64,000 bases of DNA from Tubulanus polymorphus (taxonomy: Eukaryota; Animalia; Nemertea). Positions 13,601 through 27,063 of this stretch are shown here, piece after piece (within the stretch, counting starts at the first letter, position 1; every line of letters begins with the position of its first letter). The position numbers were made by a program, and so were the translations under genes. The stretch is from the NCBI RefSeq assembly GCF_964204645.1, contig NC_134025.1, positions 5,464,871 through 5,528,870 of the forward strand, given 5' to 3'. The notes below the pieces were generated by a model. That model was not told where the DNA came from, made no database searches, and saw nothing but the letters and a program-made list of their open reading frames with translations.

Positions 13601-16600
13601 GGTAAATCACCATATTCAAAATTCGAACTGAACACAAATTCACAATTGTTTAAAGAAAATAAATCGTTGAGAAAAAAATCTTTCAAAAGTGGTTATTTTG
13701 CTCAAACTGGAAGTGCGATAACAGAAACGTTGATTGGTCGCGATAATCCCGCCTTGTGGAGTGTTGATAGGATAAATTGTTTTTCTATTTTACCAAAAGA
13801 ACGCATGTCGCTCTTTGTCCTGTCGATTTAACTCGGGTTTCAGTGAGCAACAATAAAAAAGCATATCAAAGATCACCAACTATTCTCAATCGAGGAAATC
13901 AATGCATTCCCATTCATCGTTCATGCAATTCAAATTTTTCGGTGTCGCGTTCTTCTTTTTCCTTTTTTCGTCTGCATTAATTAGAAGATCACGCAAATTG
14001 ATGACGATTAGATTTGGATGGATTAATTCTGTAATAGGCTTTTCTCTCCGATCAATCTCTTTCCTGTTGTCTATAGCCAGGCAGAAGATGCGAGGGACAT
14101 ATGGCATGCGGCGCGGCTTCCTTGCCTCAGTTCGGCAGAACAGTTGGCAAAAGACGGGACGTGACTCGGCATCAACTAGTCGACTTTTAAAATGGAGCGT
14201 CGCTTTTTCACACACTATCCGGGTCCGTGCGCCCTATTCAGATCCTCAGATTCACAGTTAAGAAAGGCCAAAGAATATTAAAGGTCTCCTCTATCTAATT
14301 CCTGATTGAAATATGTTTTATGGACTGAGCACAGATTGCGGGTTGGCGGATCTAAAGTGACCATTGTTTTCGGTTATCTTTGTTCAGTGAGTTTACTATC
14401 AGTTTGGCGTCTGCGTCATAAAAAAAGAAATTATTTTTTTCTAAAATAATTTCCATACAGATTTTCAGGAACAAAGGGTGTTTCTTGTTATATTTACATC
14501 TTACGTTATCGAATTTACACACATCTTAACGACGAAAGACAAAAGAAAATTGTCGAAAATGTCAAGGGTTTTTATTGCCGTAAAGAGTATGAACATAATT
14601 TAGAGTTAACGTCCACCCAGAACTCTTCATTAGTTTTTTTCTCGGAAAGACAAAGATAAACCCCCCACGCTATGCAGTAATAAATTTGGAAGTCGGATCT
14701 GTTAGTCACTTTTCTAAATAGGAGATTCTGAAAGCTTTTTAACAACTCAGTTCCATAAAATAAAAATTCACCATTCAGATTTTGAGTCGACCAACAACAA
14801 TCATAAACTACCTTCGATGCCGAAATGTTGTCGCCATAGAGATAAACGACGTTTCCTGATAAGAAATTGCATGGGTCTAAATATACTCCACCGAGCCGGC
14901 ATTAGGATGGAATCGGCATCATATTTCAATGTCCCCTATGTAAATATTAATTTCGAGACTGTTGTCGTTTAATGGATGCATCTAGCACGAGTAGGGTTAG
15001 ATATAAACCATTAGTCATCATGCTACTTATCATCATTGCACATAAAAATGTTCTATATGTATTTATATATCTATATGCGGAGAGGGAATACGGAAATTCT
15101 ATATTATGGTCGAGAATTGTATATTCATAATCATTCACATGTCTACTGGATATCCCCCTGTATATATATACATACTATCGGTCGCATAAGGCGTTATCAA
15201 CTTTGTTATTTCTAGATATATAATTAATTCTGATAACTTCCTAGAATCGTTGTTTTATCTTGTCTCTATCTAGACAGACGAAAAAATATTATCTGCCTTT
15301 TTGAACAAATAGAAACAACGATGCGTTGAACTTTTAGTGCTGAAGAGATTTTTAATTTTTGACACTTTCAAGAATAATCAACATCAAATAAAAATTTTTT
15401 CTACATTTTTACCTGTAATCTTATAAAAGATATGTCCCTCGTTTGCTTTCAGCGGCAATGTTATGCGATTTTAATAAATGACTACCGTTCGATTAAATTT
15501 TCATTTCCCCGATGAAGACATTTCTAAACGCCCAGACGTGATAAATGTCACATAATAATGGGGCTTCATTGAAGAGCCGTTTAGAAACGACCTGCAAGGT
15601 GTAATTATGCTTAAAGATGGGTTTCCTGAAGCCATACTACGTCGAATAAAGACTATCAGTTTTTAGCGCTTCGTAGCGGAAGCAATTGAGTGGAAAATTA
15701 CGAATTTAGACTAAATAACATCCTATTACGACGCCGAGAATACGATGAAACTTGCTCCACGCGGACCGTATGTTTTTTCTATTAGCTATCAATAGAGAGG
15801 GTTTTCACAAAGGTTTCAATTCTTGAAAATACAAAATCAAAACGTCTCCAGATGATGGACAGAGGATATATGTACATACTTATACTTATATACATATACA
15901 TCGAAATCATATCTCAAATAGCTTTAACGGTATTATGATATTTGTGGAAGTTTTACGACAAGTCATTGACGCATTGAAACCGGGTGTAAAATATCGTGGG
16001 TGTATTTTATGGTGCTGTTTGATCAAAAGCGTTCCACGGTGTTATATACGCTGTGAAATCATAAGCATCATTTCACAGCCTGAATCATTCCATTCGTCGC
16101 GTTGAAAAGCATGAAATATTTCCGATTTTCCGGTGACCACCGCCGCTGAATACCGTACCGTCCTCCGTCGAGAGCCGATAAATGTCGGAGTCAAATTCTT
16201 TCCTTTGTAAATCGTCGATCGTGTGTGAGCGTCGATGTTAATCCTCGGAACATGTAAGTACTGTGCGAGAGGAAGTTCTTTTATCGAGTCGCTAAATTGA
16301 CAAATTTCAGTTGAACGGAGTCTCCCGGTACGCGATCCGGTGGTTTTCGCAATGTTCTCTATTATCTCGGTGATAAAGACATTTTTTGCAACGGAAGTAA
16401 ATAAAGTGGTCCATTCAACTAGGAAGCGGCGTAATTTACAGGGGTTATTGTTTCGATCATACCAGTACCGTGTGATAGCGGCATCGTGATCACTCTGTTT
16501 TTCCCAAATCCCCGGGAATCTATCAAATAAAATCCGTGCTTCTCTTTCCAGTATATTTATTAGTGTAAAACCGCAATGTCATTAATATTCGTCTCATGAA

Positions 16601-19600
16601 AAGTCTATCTCCGAGAATTAATGTTATTTGTCCATGAGATTCCCTCGGAAGATATTTACAATACGGGGATTAGGTGAAAATTTGATAAAATAAAATGATC
16701 TATTTGTGATGATGTTGGGCATTCCGTTACGTCAGCGGTGTTGATGGGATGTTATAGAAGCTGCACGAAACGCTTCGGTATTAATTACTGGGGGTCGGTC
16801 GTTTTAATCTAGTTCTAATCAGCCCGATCAAGCGGTTGTGTTTTGGGTGCAAATATCGTTTATTATAGAGCTTTGTGCTTTACTGCGATATCGGCAGACA
16901 TTCCGGCCGCTGCGCACCTGTCATCGGCGGCCATTTTAGATCAATGCGCGCACGGATCCCGCCGCACGAAAATGAGTTGCACTTTGTCTTAATGTAATTC
17001 GCTTGTCGTCGCGCTTACAGAATTTATACGTTAATTGCATGTCCGAAGAATGCTTTTGTATTCACTGTGCGATATTGATATTGATGTTCATTGCTCCTTG
17101 GAGACGATCGTCCATGATTTTACAACGAATTAACACCGAGCGAAAATCGTTTAATCAGTTCGATGATTAAATGCTGTCGCAGCCGATAGTCGGATTTGCG
17201 AGACATTCTAACTAAATTACCGCCAATTGCTGCATTTTTTAGGCTTCAAATCTAATTCCTGGCTATCCTTCTTGTTTGCCGAAGCCAATGTAAACGTCGC
17301 TTGTGCGCTGTCTGACTTTTGAAGTAATCTTTTGGGCGTAAAATTACATAAAACTGCCTTCGGTTCTCTCGTAAACTTACCTAGCCAACTAACAAAAACG
17401 CCGCCGAAAGGTGTACGTATACACCTTTCTATGAATGAACTTGACAGCAAAAGAGAATATTCTATGTCTTCATATGAAACTTTTGTCGCGTATTTTTGAC
17501 TATGCGGTCGGTGTGAATAGTGTTATTTCTTTAACAACCGGAAGAAGTCGGTAAAACATTCGCGTTCAACAATTGTATTACAAACTTTAAGACAAATTGC
17601 ATGATTTATGTCGACAAATTGCCGCGAGACTCTTAAATGAATTTGACGAGACAATTACCTATAGATTATAGAAAAGGTCCCGCAAGTATGGCACCTTTTT
17701 GCCCGTAAAATCTGACGGGAGCAATAATCGGTTTCATTTGCATTCATATTAAGGAACCGACCGCGCAGTCAACCGTTGAGTGTACGTGTCCAGCTCAAAG
17801 GATCGGAGCTGAGTTTCATTAGGCGAAGTCGCCATTTATCCCGATTTTTCTTTATCAACTCTATACGAGAAGGAAAAAGCGTAGGAAGCGAATAGAAATA
17901 AAATTTTACCTCATTCGAGACGCGTATATTATAGACCATCCTGATAGTGTCGCCATGTTGTCCGTGTTTCTTGGTATTTTTCACATTGTCACGGATCTGT
18001 TTCACACTGACTCGCTTTCAGCAGAAATATCCCTACACTATATTTTCCACCATTTTTTTCTCGAAGAATAAAAGGGTAAACGAATACACTGTCTGCTTGC
18101 ATTCTTTCCGGAGAAAATGGAGAATGCGCTGCCGGCGTACGCTGATAGCTTGAGCAAACTTTTCTCTCGACTCTGGCCAGTCATAGCTCAGATTTTTATT
18201 TGAATTCGTTCGTGTTGACTTTGGAAAATAAAATACACTATTGCCGGTATATTCCCTCTCTACTCGAGATAATATTGATCACTATGATGTATGGCACATA
18301 TAGCAGATGGGTGATGATGACATCCATACAGATTCATATATTTTCGAATGCTGCAAATTTAATATCGACGCTTTGGTCGAGTGCTTCCTCTGATGAGGGT
18401 ATAAAAGAACGACAAAATACTCATTTAAGACGAAGGCAGTTACGCTGGATGAAATGTATTCTTTGATCAATGTTTTCATATTGATATGTTAGATATCTTT
18501 TCTCATCCTATTAGCAAAATAATATATTCTATGGCCAAGTGTTTAGAAGCAGTCAATCTTATTCGATCAAGAATTAAGTATTTCTTCGCATCCACGTATT
18601 TTTCACTTTATGATACAGATATGAGGCGTAATTAGTTTAAATATATATGTATTCATTGCCACCAGCGGAATTTTTATCACGATCGCAATAATCCTTTAGG
18701 GAATCAGATATTAAAAGGAACATTAATCCATATCTCAAAGGCGTCCATGGAAACTTTCATAACTTCGAATCCTTTTCCGATTTATCGCGAGAACAAAGTG
18801 TCACAATGGATGGTCTGGTGGGTCTATTGTCAACGCTTCATTGTTATTGTACCGCTCGAGGCTGGATACTTACGTTTTATTATGGCGAGCGACTGATTTC
18901 CAGTGCCGATACTCGATGCTCGGGGCCCGTTCTTTAGAAACCGCGGATCAGCGCCAATCGCCAGCTCCAGAGACGAAGACGCCGGAAATGTGTTCCTTTA
19001 GGGTGTTCAAGGGCCTGTACTAGTTGCGACAAAGGTGATTCGTGGAGGGAGGCGATAACAGATTATCAGCTATTTAGGGCCACTTGACAGCGTGCCACGC
19101 TGCATCCACACCCCATATGTTCACCTGAAGTCAGCGCCCAAGTGAGCCACTTCAATTTACCAAATGCGTTGGTCTTTCCATATGGAACTCATAGCCAAAT
19201 TGCGGTAAATTTAACAAAAGAAAATTATTAAGGTCATTTTGTGTGTAATGGGTAAGAAGGCAAAAATAGACGCACACCTTCCTGACACCACAAACCCGGC
19301 AAAGTAATCAATGTATATTTCTGAACATTGCTTCCGTCTAAATGATCTTTCTAGTTAACGTATTTCTATTCTTTAATTTGTTCATGTTTTATATTACTAG
19401 TCAATAATTATTATGGACGAAAGATTCATCCACGGAACGAATATTCGTTCTATATTACTCTTGCGATCAAACGCATCGACGACAAAATATTATGGATTGG
19501 TTTTTCGATTTATTTGATAATCTCGACGAGCGGCGCGAAGAGTATACGATGTTCCGTGCATGAGACTCGAATCATCATCGCCCAAAGCATCTGAGGAACA

Positions 19601-22600
19601 CTTCGAAGCATAATGAATTTCACGGTGCTGCAAAGCGATTCACTGGCAGCTGATAAAATACGACATTTATTACAGTCTTGCTTTCCTTGTTACATGACGA
19701 GTTCCTTTCATGGCATTTGGCTTCATTTGTCAGAGGAGACAATAACTGTACGCTGCAATTGAGAGACCTCGGGGTCGATCGACAGTTTATGAGGTGTTTA
19801 GCTTATTTGATGAGAAATTGAGTACCTTTATGAGGCGCGTTGTCTTCATTTGTGAAGGTGCGGTACATCTCAATTTCTGCTCGTTGTGTCTCCACGAAAA
19901 AAAAACGTCTTAAACATATATATTATCACAAACCAAAGAAGACGATGTAATTATAACAAAGTGCAATATTATTCCTTCTCTAACTTATTGTCTTTATTTC
20001 TAATTGTCACGTACTTCACGATACAATCATTTTGTGTATTAAATAGCAGTGGCCATTATAGTTTAGTATATGTCCATCATGCTCGAACGTAAAATTGACC
20101 ATTAATCTAATAGGTGGGATGCAGGTTCATTGAAATTCATCTTATTAATCAAAGATCAGTTGCGGTAGTGGCATTTTACGATTTTTCTTGTGAATAGAAT
20201 GACATGGTCAAGCTGACCATTAGCTAAGGATAATCCGACGCAGGACGTAGGTTACTGTTTGCCAGCGTTTCGTATAAGCCCCATTTTACAGGACAGAAAT
20301 AAATCGCCGTAATGGATAAACATGTCGCTTGATGGTTTTACTAACACGTTTACGACTTGGATAATATAAAAGTAAACGGGCCTATTTTTTTCGGCCGTTA
20401 CCCGTGGACAGTAAGCCAACTAAACGAGCAAAATATGGAAACGAGCCGCTAGGTTTTACGCTGCTACCTGCCCATGGCAACAACTGAGTTTTGAGGATTA
20501 TGAGCTAAGCTTATGTGCAAACTCAAGAAACAGTCGAATATGCGCCACCTACACAGACGCATCTTGTAATATGTCATGTTCTTGCTCTTCCTGCTTGATT
20601 TTCGTATGAAATTACATCGGCACGCCATTGTTACGCACTACTATATTTAAACGATCCATCTTTCTATATCATACCGATTGTCTGTTATATAAAGATAGCC
20701 AAAGTCTCACCGCACTAATCGATGTACAGCTGCCTGGAATTCGATAACCATTAGAATTTGTTTTTACGAAAAGATGCGTTCTTTGCGCGGGAAGCCTGTA
20801 AAAAGGCGGCTTCACGCCTACAACTGTTCAATCGAAGCCAGCAAGAAACCACAACTATACCAGTAACAGATGCACGATATTGGAATTATTCATCGCCTCG
20901 ATTTTTTATTGCGGGTTATTAATATCATCCCTGTGTTTAAAGTGGTTAGGAGACTCAATTAAGAACGGCACCAGCGCGATATACGCACGCCGAATCAGTG
21001 TCACAGATTGTCAGAAAATTATGACACATGATTTTGCATAATGAAATTCGTGGTTTTCATGAACCAGGGAATGTATTTTTTTTCAAATTTTGCGTTAATT
21101 TGACATTCTCACACTTGATTAGTGCGGGCAGATAGGCAGTACGCGCGATGAGTACAATACGGGTTCAACTAAACACGATAAACAATGCACGGCACCGCTA
21201 AGACAGGCTGGTGCATTTTGTTAACATGAACTGGAACCGAAATTTTCAATTGTGTATTTCGATTTCAACAAAAATGTATGTAAATTTTGTCCTTCGAATT
21301 CCGATTTCAAAGCCCATATCTTGTTCCCGGCAGGTGTTTGTGACTGTAGGGGAAACGATGAATAAATACGAGATTATGACAGGTAGGTTATGATGAGGAT
21401 GATAATGAACTTGTGTGACACATGTGAAACCGACGAGTCTTTTGTCCTACCAAATAGTATAAATGAGTGACCTCTTATCAAACTACTCCCTTCCCAAAAA
21501 ACAACGATATAACCTCACAAGCGGCGTCATGGAACGACAGTCAAGTCCGTGTAATTATCATACATCGATTTATCTGTCGTTTGGAATGCGATCGGATAAA
21601 AGCTCAACCCAGTGAAGTGAAGTATGTATCGACATCATGCTGCAGGTGGACCACTTGGGCACGGTTTTATTACTATATAGACGCGTGTATGATATGAACG
21701 CATCGTGATTATATCAAGACACACGATGATCAAACTTTAAATAGTTTCACTGGGCGGTTTATCTTGAATTCTGGGTTTTTAGGCAATCCTTATTCCATGT
21801 GCGATGGGTCGAACTGACAGAAATTATTTGTTCATTTCTTAAATGAATTGTAAACATTTTTCTAACCACTGCTGGCCCTTTGTTTGATATTCTCCTTGAC
21901 TTGTCCTACGATGTCATCGAAAAAGGTCGATCAAGATTAGAAACTATATTTTTGTTTAAGTTTTGGCCCAGTAGTCTGACACTCAAAAAGTGAACTATAG
22001 CCAATGCTATGATCATTGCTTTTTGAAGCGTGCGTCAGGGATGCTATCAGAAAAAGCTTTTGATAGTACCCATATAGAGTGACATCTGAAAAACAAAAAC
22101 CCTTGGAAAATGATATGCAAAAAGACGTACGGCTAATGGATGACAGTTTTTGAAGTTATTATAAACGGAGATACGTCACAGCTGTCAGTTCTTTTATAAT
22201 ATTGTCCAAGGACATCGAAATGGCATGAAAAGCAAAAAGAATGCCTTTCAAAGTGTGATTTCGAGCTGCCAGTCACAGCATTCTGACAGTTCGAGTTAAC
22301 CACAGTGCTCTATAGAGCAAGTATGGGTCTTCTGCACGAAAAACGTGACAATTCGTCAATAACAACAATAAACACAAAATAATTGAGAGGCTCAGAATTA
22401 GCAGAACACAATAAATAAACACGTATACCTTTATGCAGGTTGATACCGTGCACTGGGATGAACTATAGAGGCGAATTATTATTATACAATACGTTCTATT
22501 CGGGTGTACGTTGCTTTGATATCCTGAACCCAGACTACGATACATATGTCAGATATCGTTGAATATAGTGTTATGCCTGTATTTTTAATCAAGTCAGAAT

Positions 22601-23146
22601 TGTTGTATGTCTGTATGTGTTTGTGATGCGTCTCGACGTGTGATGAGATCATCTATTTCAGATCGACACATTCCACGGCGACGGCGAGCGCGAGAGAGTG
22701 TCGCGGATTCGCCCGAAGATGATTTTCAGCGTATGAGAGGAATTTTGGCGTGAGAAATCGGCTTTCAACCTTGCAAAATCTCTGATTATTAGTATTTAAG
22801 CCTGCAGCGATATTTGACAGGAGGCGACGATATCTGTAACACAGCAGACAAAGCAATATCGTTTTAAGCGCTTCTTACCTTGTCTTGCTGCAGTGCGCTT
22901 CGTCGCGATGTGAAACATGAATCTGAAATGCTTTATAGCTTCATTTGATTTCTCGTTCATTTTTCTGTTCTGATAATTTGTCAAAGTCCATAACCTTTGA
23001 CCATAAAAAGGGGGCAACGAACTTCATTTGTTCCTCTAGATTATGAATACTGAAATGCTAAAGAAACTCGTAATTGTAATTCGCTAGATATTCCAGATCA
23101 ATCGTCCAGTGTCCGTAGAATACAACATCGCATGGTATTAGTCTAT

Positions 23147-23196
23147 CCATGGACGTATAAACTAGTTTATACGTCCATGGACTCGAGAGTCCATGG
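23147..23196. repeat. Two overlapping perfect or near-perfect palindromes built on three CCATGG cores.
   Basis: 23147-23180, ccatggacgtataaactagtttatacgtccatgg, is a perfect 34-bp palindrome. 23175-23196, ccatggactcgagagtccatgg, has 9-bp arms around cgag. Confidence 0.9.
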
Positions 23197-26100
23197 TCTA
23201 TCGTATTCAATAACCCCGCGTTTGTGAATTGGAAGCGTTTTTCTATATTTTGCTAGTACTACATGGTATTTCAGCGCACGTTAATTACCTAGGAAAACGG
23301 CGCTTAATTATTAGCTGCCAGCGTTCAATAGTTTAAGCATAGATGCGATTACCACTTTGTCATTTGATAATAATTATTGCAACCGACATAGAAGTGCAAA
23401 AGATGTCAAGAGTACCACCACGGAGCCGGGCATCTGTTCCCTATACAATACGCACATACAAATACATACATAATATGCGGTGACAATAAGTATTTTCATT
23501 GTGTACGATTGAAAAAATGTGGTAATCAAATCCGCAAGTGAAAGTGTTCTGACTGAAATACAACGAAAACAAAACAACCTGTTCATTACACATGCAAGTC
23601 GTATAAAGTTGAATAAGATTTTCATCTCCACAAGGACAAAGTTTATTTCTGCATACCGACTATTTTTGATAGATTTCTTACAAATAATCTTGAAATGGTA
23701 ACGAAAACCGCCATATCAGACCATGGACTCTAGAATCCGATCAGACAGACAGAAGTACTTCGATATTTTTTTTTCATCTGAAGCCGTATAAAAAGATGAT
23801 ATAACGTTATTATTGCCAGATCTTGTAGTAGTAGAAGAGGGAAACTGGTCGCATCGACGAGTGATTAATAAGGAAAATAGCACAAAATCGTTGTTGGTGT
23901 CCCATCGACCTATCTTCGCGCTTGGTTGAAATGAGTTCGTATCTCTCTATCAATGAAGTATCTGATCGATGAAAACGTACTCGCTCAAATTGGCTCTCAC
24001 CCGTCCGATGGTGCTGACGTTTTCTTTTTGATATCCCGCGACCTCCAGTCCGTCGCTTATTTTTATCGCAGGTAGAAAATAATGTAAATATCGATAAGAA
24101 AAATGCATTCTAACGAGAAACTACAAACTATTGTTGAACACATTTATTGCCTATGCACTGTGGATAATTATGTAGAAGGAAATGATATATTGCGGCGTAT
24201 TTTTTATTTTGAAAGATTCTTTGTAACATCAACATATCTCATATACATTGCATTTGTTGTGTTTGCATTTCATCAAATAGATTTTCACTTGAAGTTTAAG
24301 GTTATCCTGGTGAAAACGAATATAAATTTCACGATATTCATTATATTAGAGAACTATTTCGCTGTATTGGAATCATTCGGTTCTATCAGTTTGTCGTTTT
24401 TCAAATGATGTTGTTAAAGACGTGGTTTTCTAGCAATTCCCAATTGTATACATATATCGAAATGGATATCAACTTCATTCAGAAACTTCTGAGATCCTCG
24501 AAACGAAACGTTAATTCTTTTATAATCGCATTATGAAATCGTTATGAAAACCTTGGTAATTGATCAAAGCAAAGTTTCTACAGGATGAATAAGGTTCCAT
24601 TAGTGACCATTACGGCTAACAAAACAACTACTCCAAGCGAGAAGCATCGTTTACGAAACGTGTAAAAAATACTTCCGAGCCTTGGGGGTGTGGTTCTTGA
24701 AATTTGGCGAGATCAAACCAACCGCCACTTGTCGATATAGTAATGTTGCTATGATGATAATGATGGGAAATTCTATACAACTGAACAATTTGCAATGAAA
24801 CGAATAGACGGGCACCAAAGTACAAAAAAGTCCTCTAGAAATTAAGTTCCGTTCAACAGAGATACCATATAAGTTTTCATGTGAATTTTCTTTGCGACGA
24901 AAGGGTTAATGTTTTTGAATCAGAACAGAAATACCTACCTCACTTTAAAAAACCAATTTGGAAATATTCCTGCATTATTTTCATAAATTGTGTCTTTATA
25001 TCTTTTTATAGTTGGTAATGAAATTTTCTATGCGCATTGAAGTAATCATATCTATAAGTTAGAATATATATCTGGATGGGGCTCAGAGGTTTCAGTAGCT
25101 TGGCTAGTCCATCATTTTGATTTTATTTTGGCTTAAATTATGTTTTGTCTTTTTGTGCAATACTTTCGCTGGTGGAGAAAATGAGATAGAAACTGACGGT
25201 TTTGTTGTTGTACGCACGTGTAGGTTATAATATTAGAGTCGGAAAAGTAGTTGAATGAAGTGAAGAGCGAATCTGTTTCTGTCGTCAATATCACTTGACA
25301 CGAAAACTTCGACGTATATATTTTAGTCATAATATCTGCCAGAAACTCCTGACATACTTCCGATCATGAAATAATTCGTAGTTTCTTCCCGGTCATTTAC
25401 TATACGCAGGTGTGATTTATATATACTTAACAAATATACGTTAAATTGTCGTGTTAAACATATGATATATACATTCTGTAATTTGAATAACCGGTAGAAG
25501 AAATTTCGCTGCCGCGCGCTATACCACCATCTGCGGAAACTTTTCTCCGGCGACTTAGTTCTGGAATCTTGATGCGAACAATGATATGCATCCATTATAG
25601 AATTATAAACTGACTAGGAAAACAGACTTGCACAGTCTCTCAAAGCATTTTGCGTTGTTCGGGATGTGATAGACTATTCAATAGCGACAAATTGAGTGGT
25701 TTGAAATCTCCATAATATTGATTACAAATTCAGCGTTCTCTCTTCAGTCCGTGTCACAGGTGTCTCCGCTGTCATCTCCTCGGTAGCTTGCTACCGTTCT
25801 AGTAGCTTAAATACATATATTTGTGAATATTCAATTCTTAGCAACGAAATGGAAATTTGATTCGCTCACTTAAACTATATTTTACCAGTATTTTGCCCAA
25901 TTTTTAGGAGAAATGCATATGGATTTAATTCATTGTTCCATCAGGAAAGGTATTTCCTAGAACTAGACCGATGGAAATCCGAACCAATGGATTTATACTG
26001 ATAAAATATGTACAAGCGCCCGAAAGGAAAACCAAATTAAACCGCCTCAAAATAAACATCGCTCAAATAAGAAATTTACGAAGATGCAAGTTTAATATAT

Positions 26101-26479
26101 TTCATATAGAAACCAAAGTATTTAATCGTTTTATATTAAAGAATAGAGTAAGTGTTCGATACAGAGTTTTGTCTAATTTGATTGTAACACAAAGAAGAGG
26201 TTCCACTTTTTTTCCGATGATATATAAATGCAGAAGTATATGGGATTTTGCCGTAAGAAAATCGTATCTCTTCGTCTCTCTCTCTGATCAACGAGAAATA
26301 CCGAACCTGTAGGATAACGATTAAATTTAAGTTGTAATAGTTTTCCGATAATCTCGTATTCGAAGTGAATTAAATAGTGTTATATACCTGTGTATGAAAA
26401 CTGATAGTGGTTCGGTATTTCTATTTAGCAGCTGGCATTTTCCCTTCGTATACAAAAACCGTTCGAATACATTTACCAT

Positions 26480-26995
26480 TCGACTAATACAAAAACTAAT
26501 ATTTTCAATCATAATAATAATACGTATTATTATCATCATTAAAATCATCATTATATTTAATTTAGTAAATATTTATATTAATCAATTAATTACGAATCTG
26601 GTGATTTCTTTTACGTGTAGCTTAACTATATGTATGTACAACCTTTGGAAATATTCGACTAGAGGTCCCTACAGACAGATGACCGGGCGCAGGGCGGGAA
26701 TTTCTACGGCCATTACGTGGCCATTTTCTCCTACATAGAGAACTAGATCTTGTAGTAAAGAAGCTAAAAGGTTTGGTTCTACAATTTGTACAAAATAAGT
26801 TACAAGCAAAATAAATGTCTCTGATTTATATGTATATATAGATATATTCGACTCCGGGTCTTCTGACTCTCTGTACATATTTGATATATTTATATATATA
26901 TAATGAATGAATGAATGTATATATAGGAACAATATACATACCAATGAAAAGGTACGGGCTCATTTTCGGTCTGAGCTCCACACACACGCACACGT
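26480..26995. repeat. Low-complexity / microsatellite-rich tract ((ATT/ATC)n, (TA)n, (AATG)3, (CA)n) just 3' of FoxA.
   Basis: Repeats seen include ataataataatacgtattattatcatcatt, tatatatatataatgaatgaatgaatgtatatat and cacacacgcacacg. ORFs 26394-26738 (+) and 26327-26551 (-) are artefacts of this tract. Confidence 0.8.
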
Positions 26996-27063
26996 AAACT
27001 AAGATCCACATTAATACTCCATTTGGTTTAAATATTCGAACTAAAGTTTTTTAATCGTTAATG

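Noticed and set aside
16052-16081. Hairpin gctgtgaaat-cataagcatc-atttcacagc.
   Set aside because: The 10-bp arms are too short to call a miRNA precursor without conservation or expression data, and it is probably a chance palindrome.
26327-26738. ORFs of 74 and 114 aa rich in Ile.
   Set aside because: They are produced by ATT/ATC-type low-complexity repeats 3' of FoxA.
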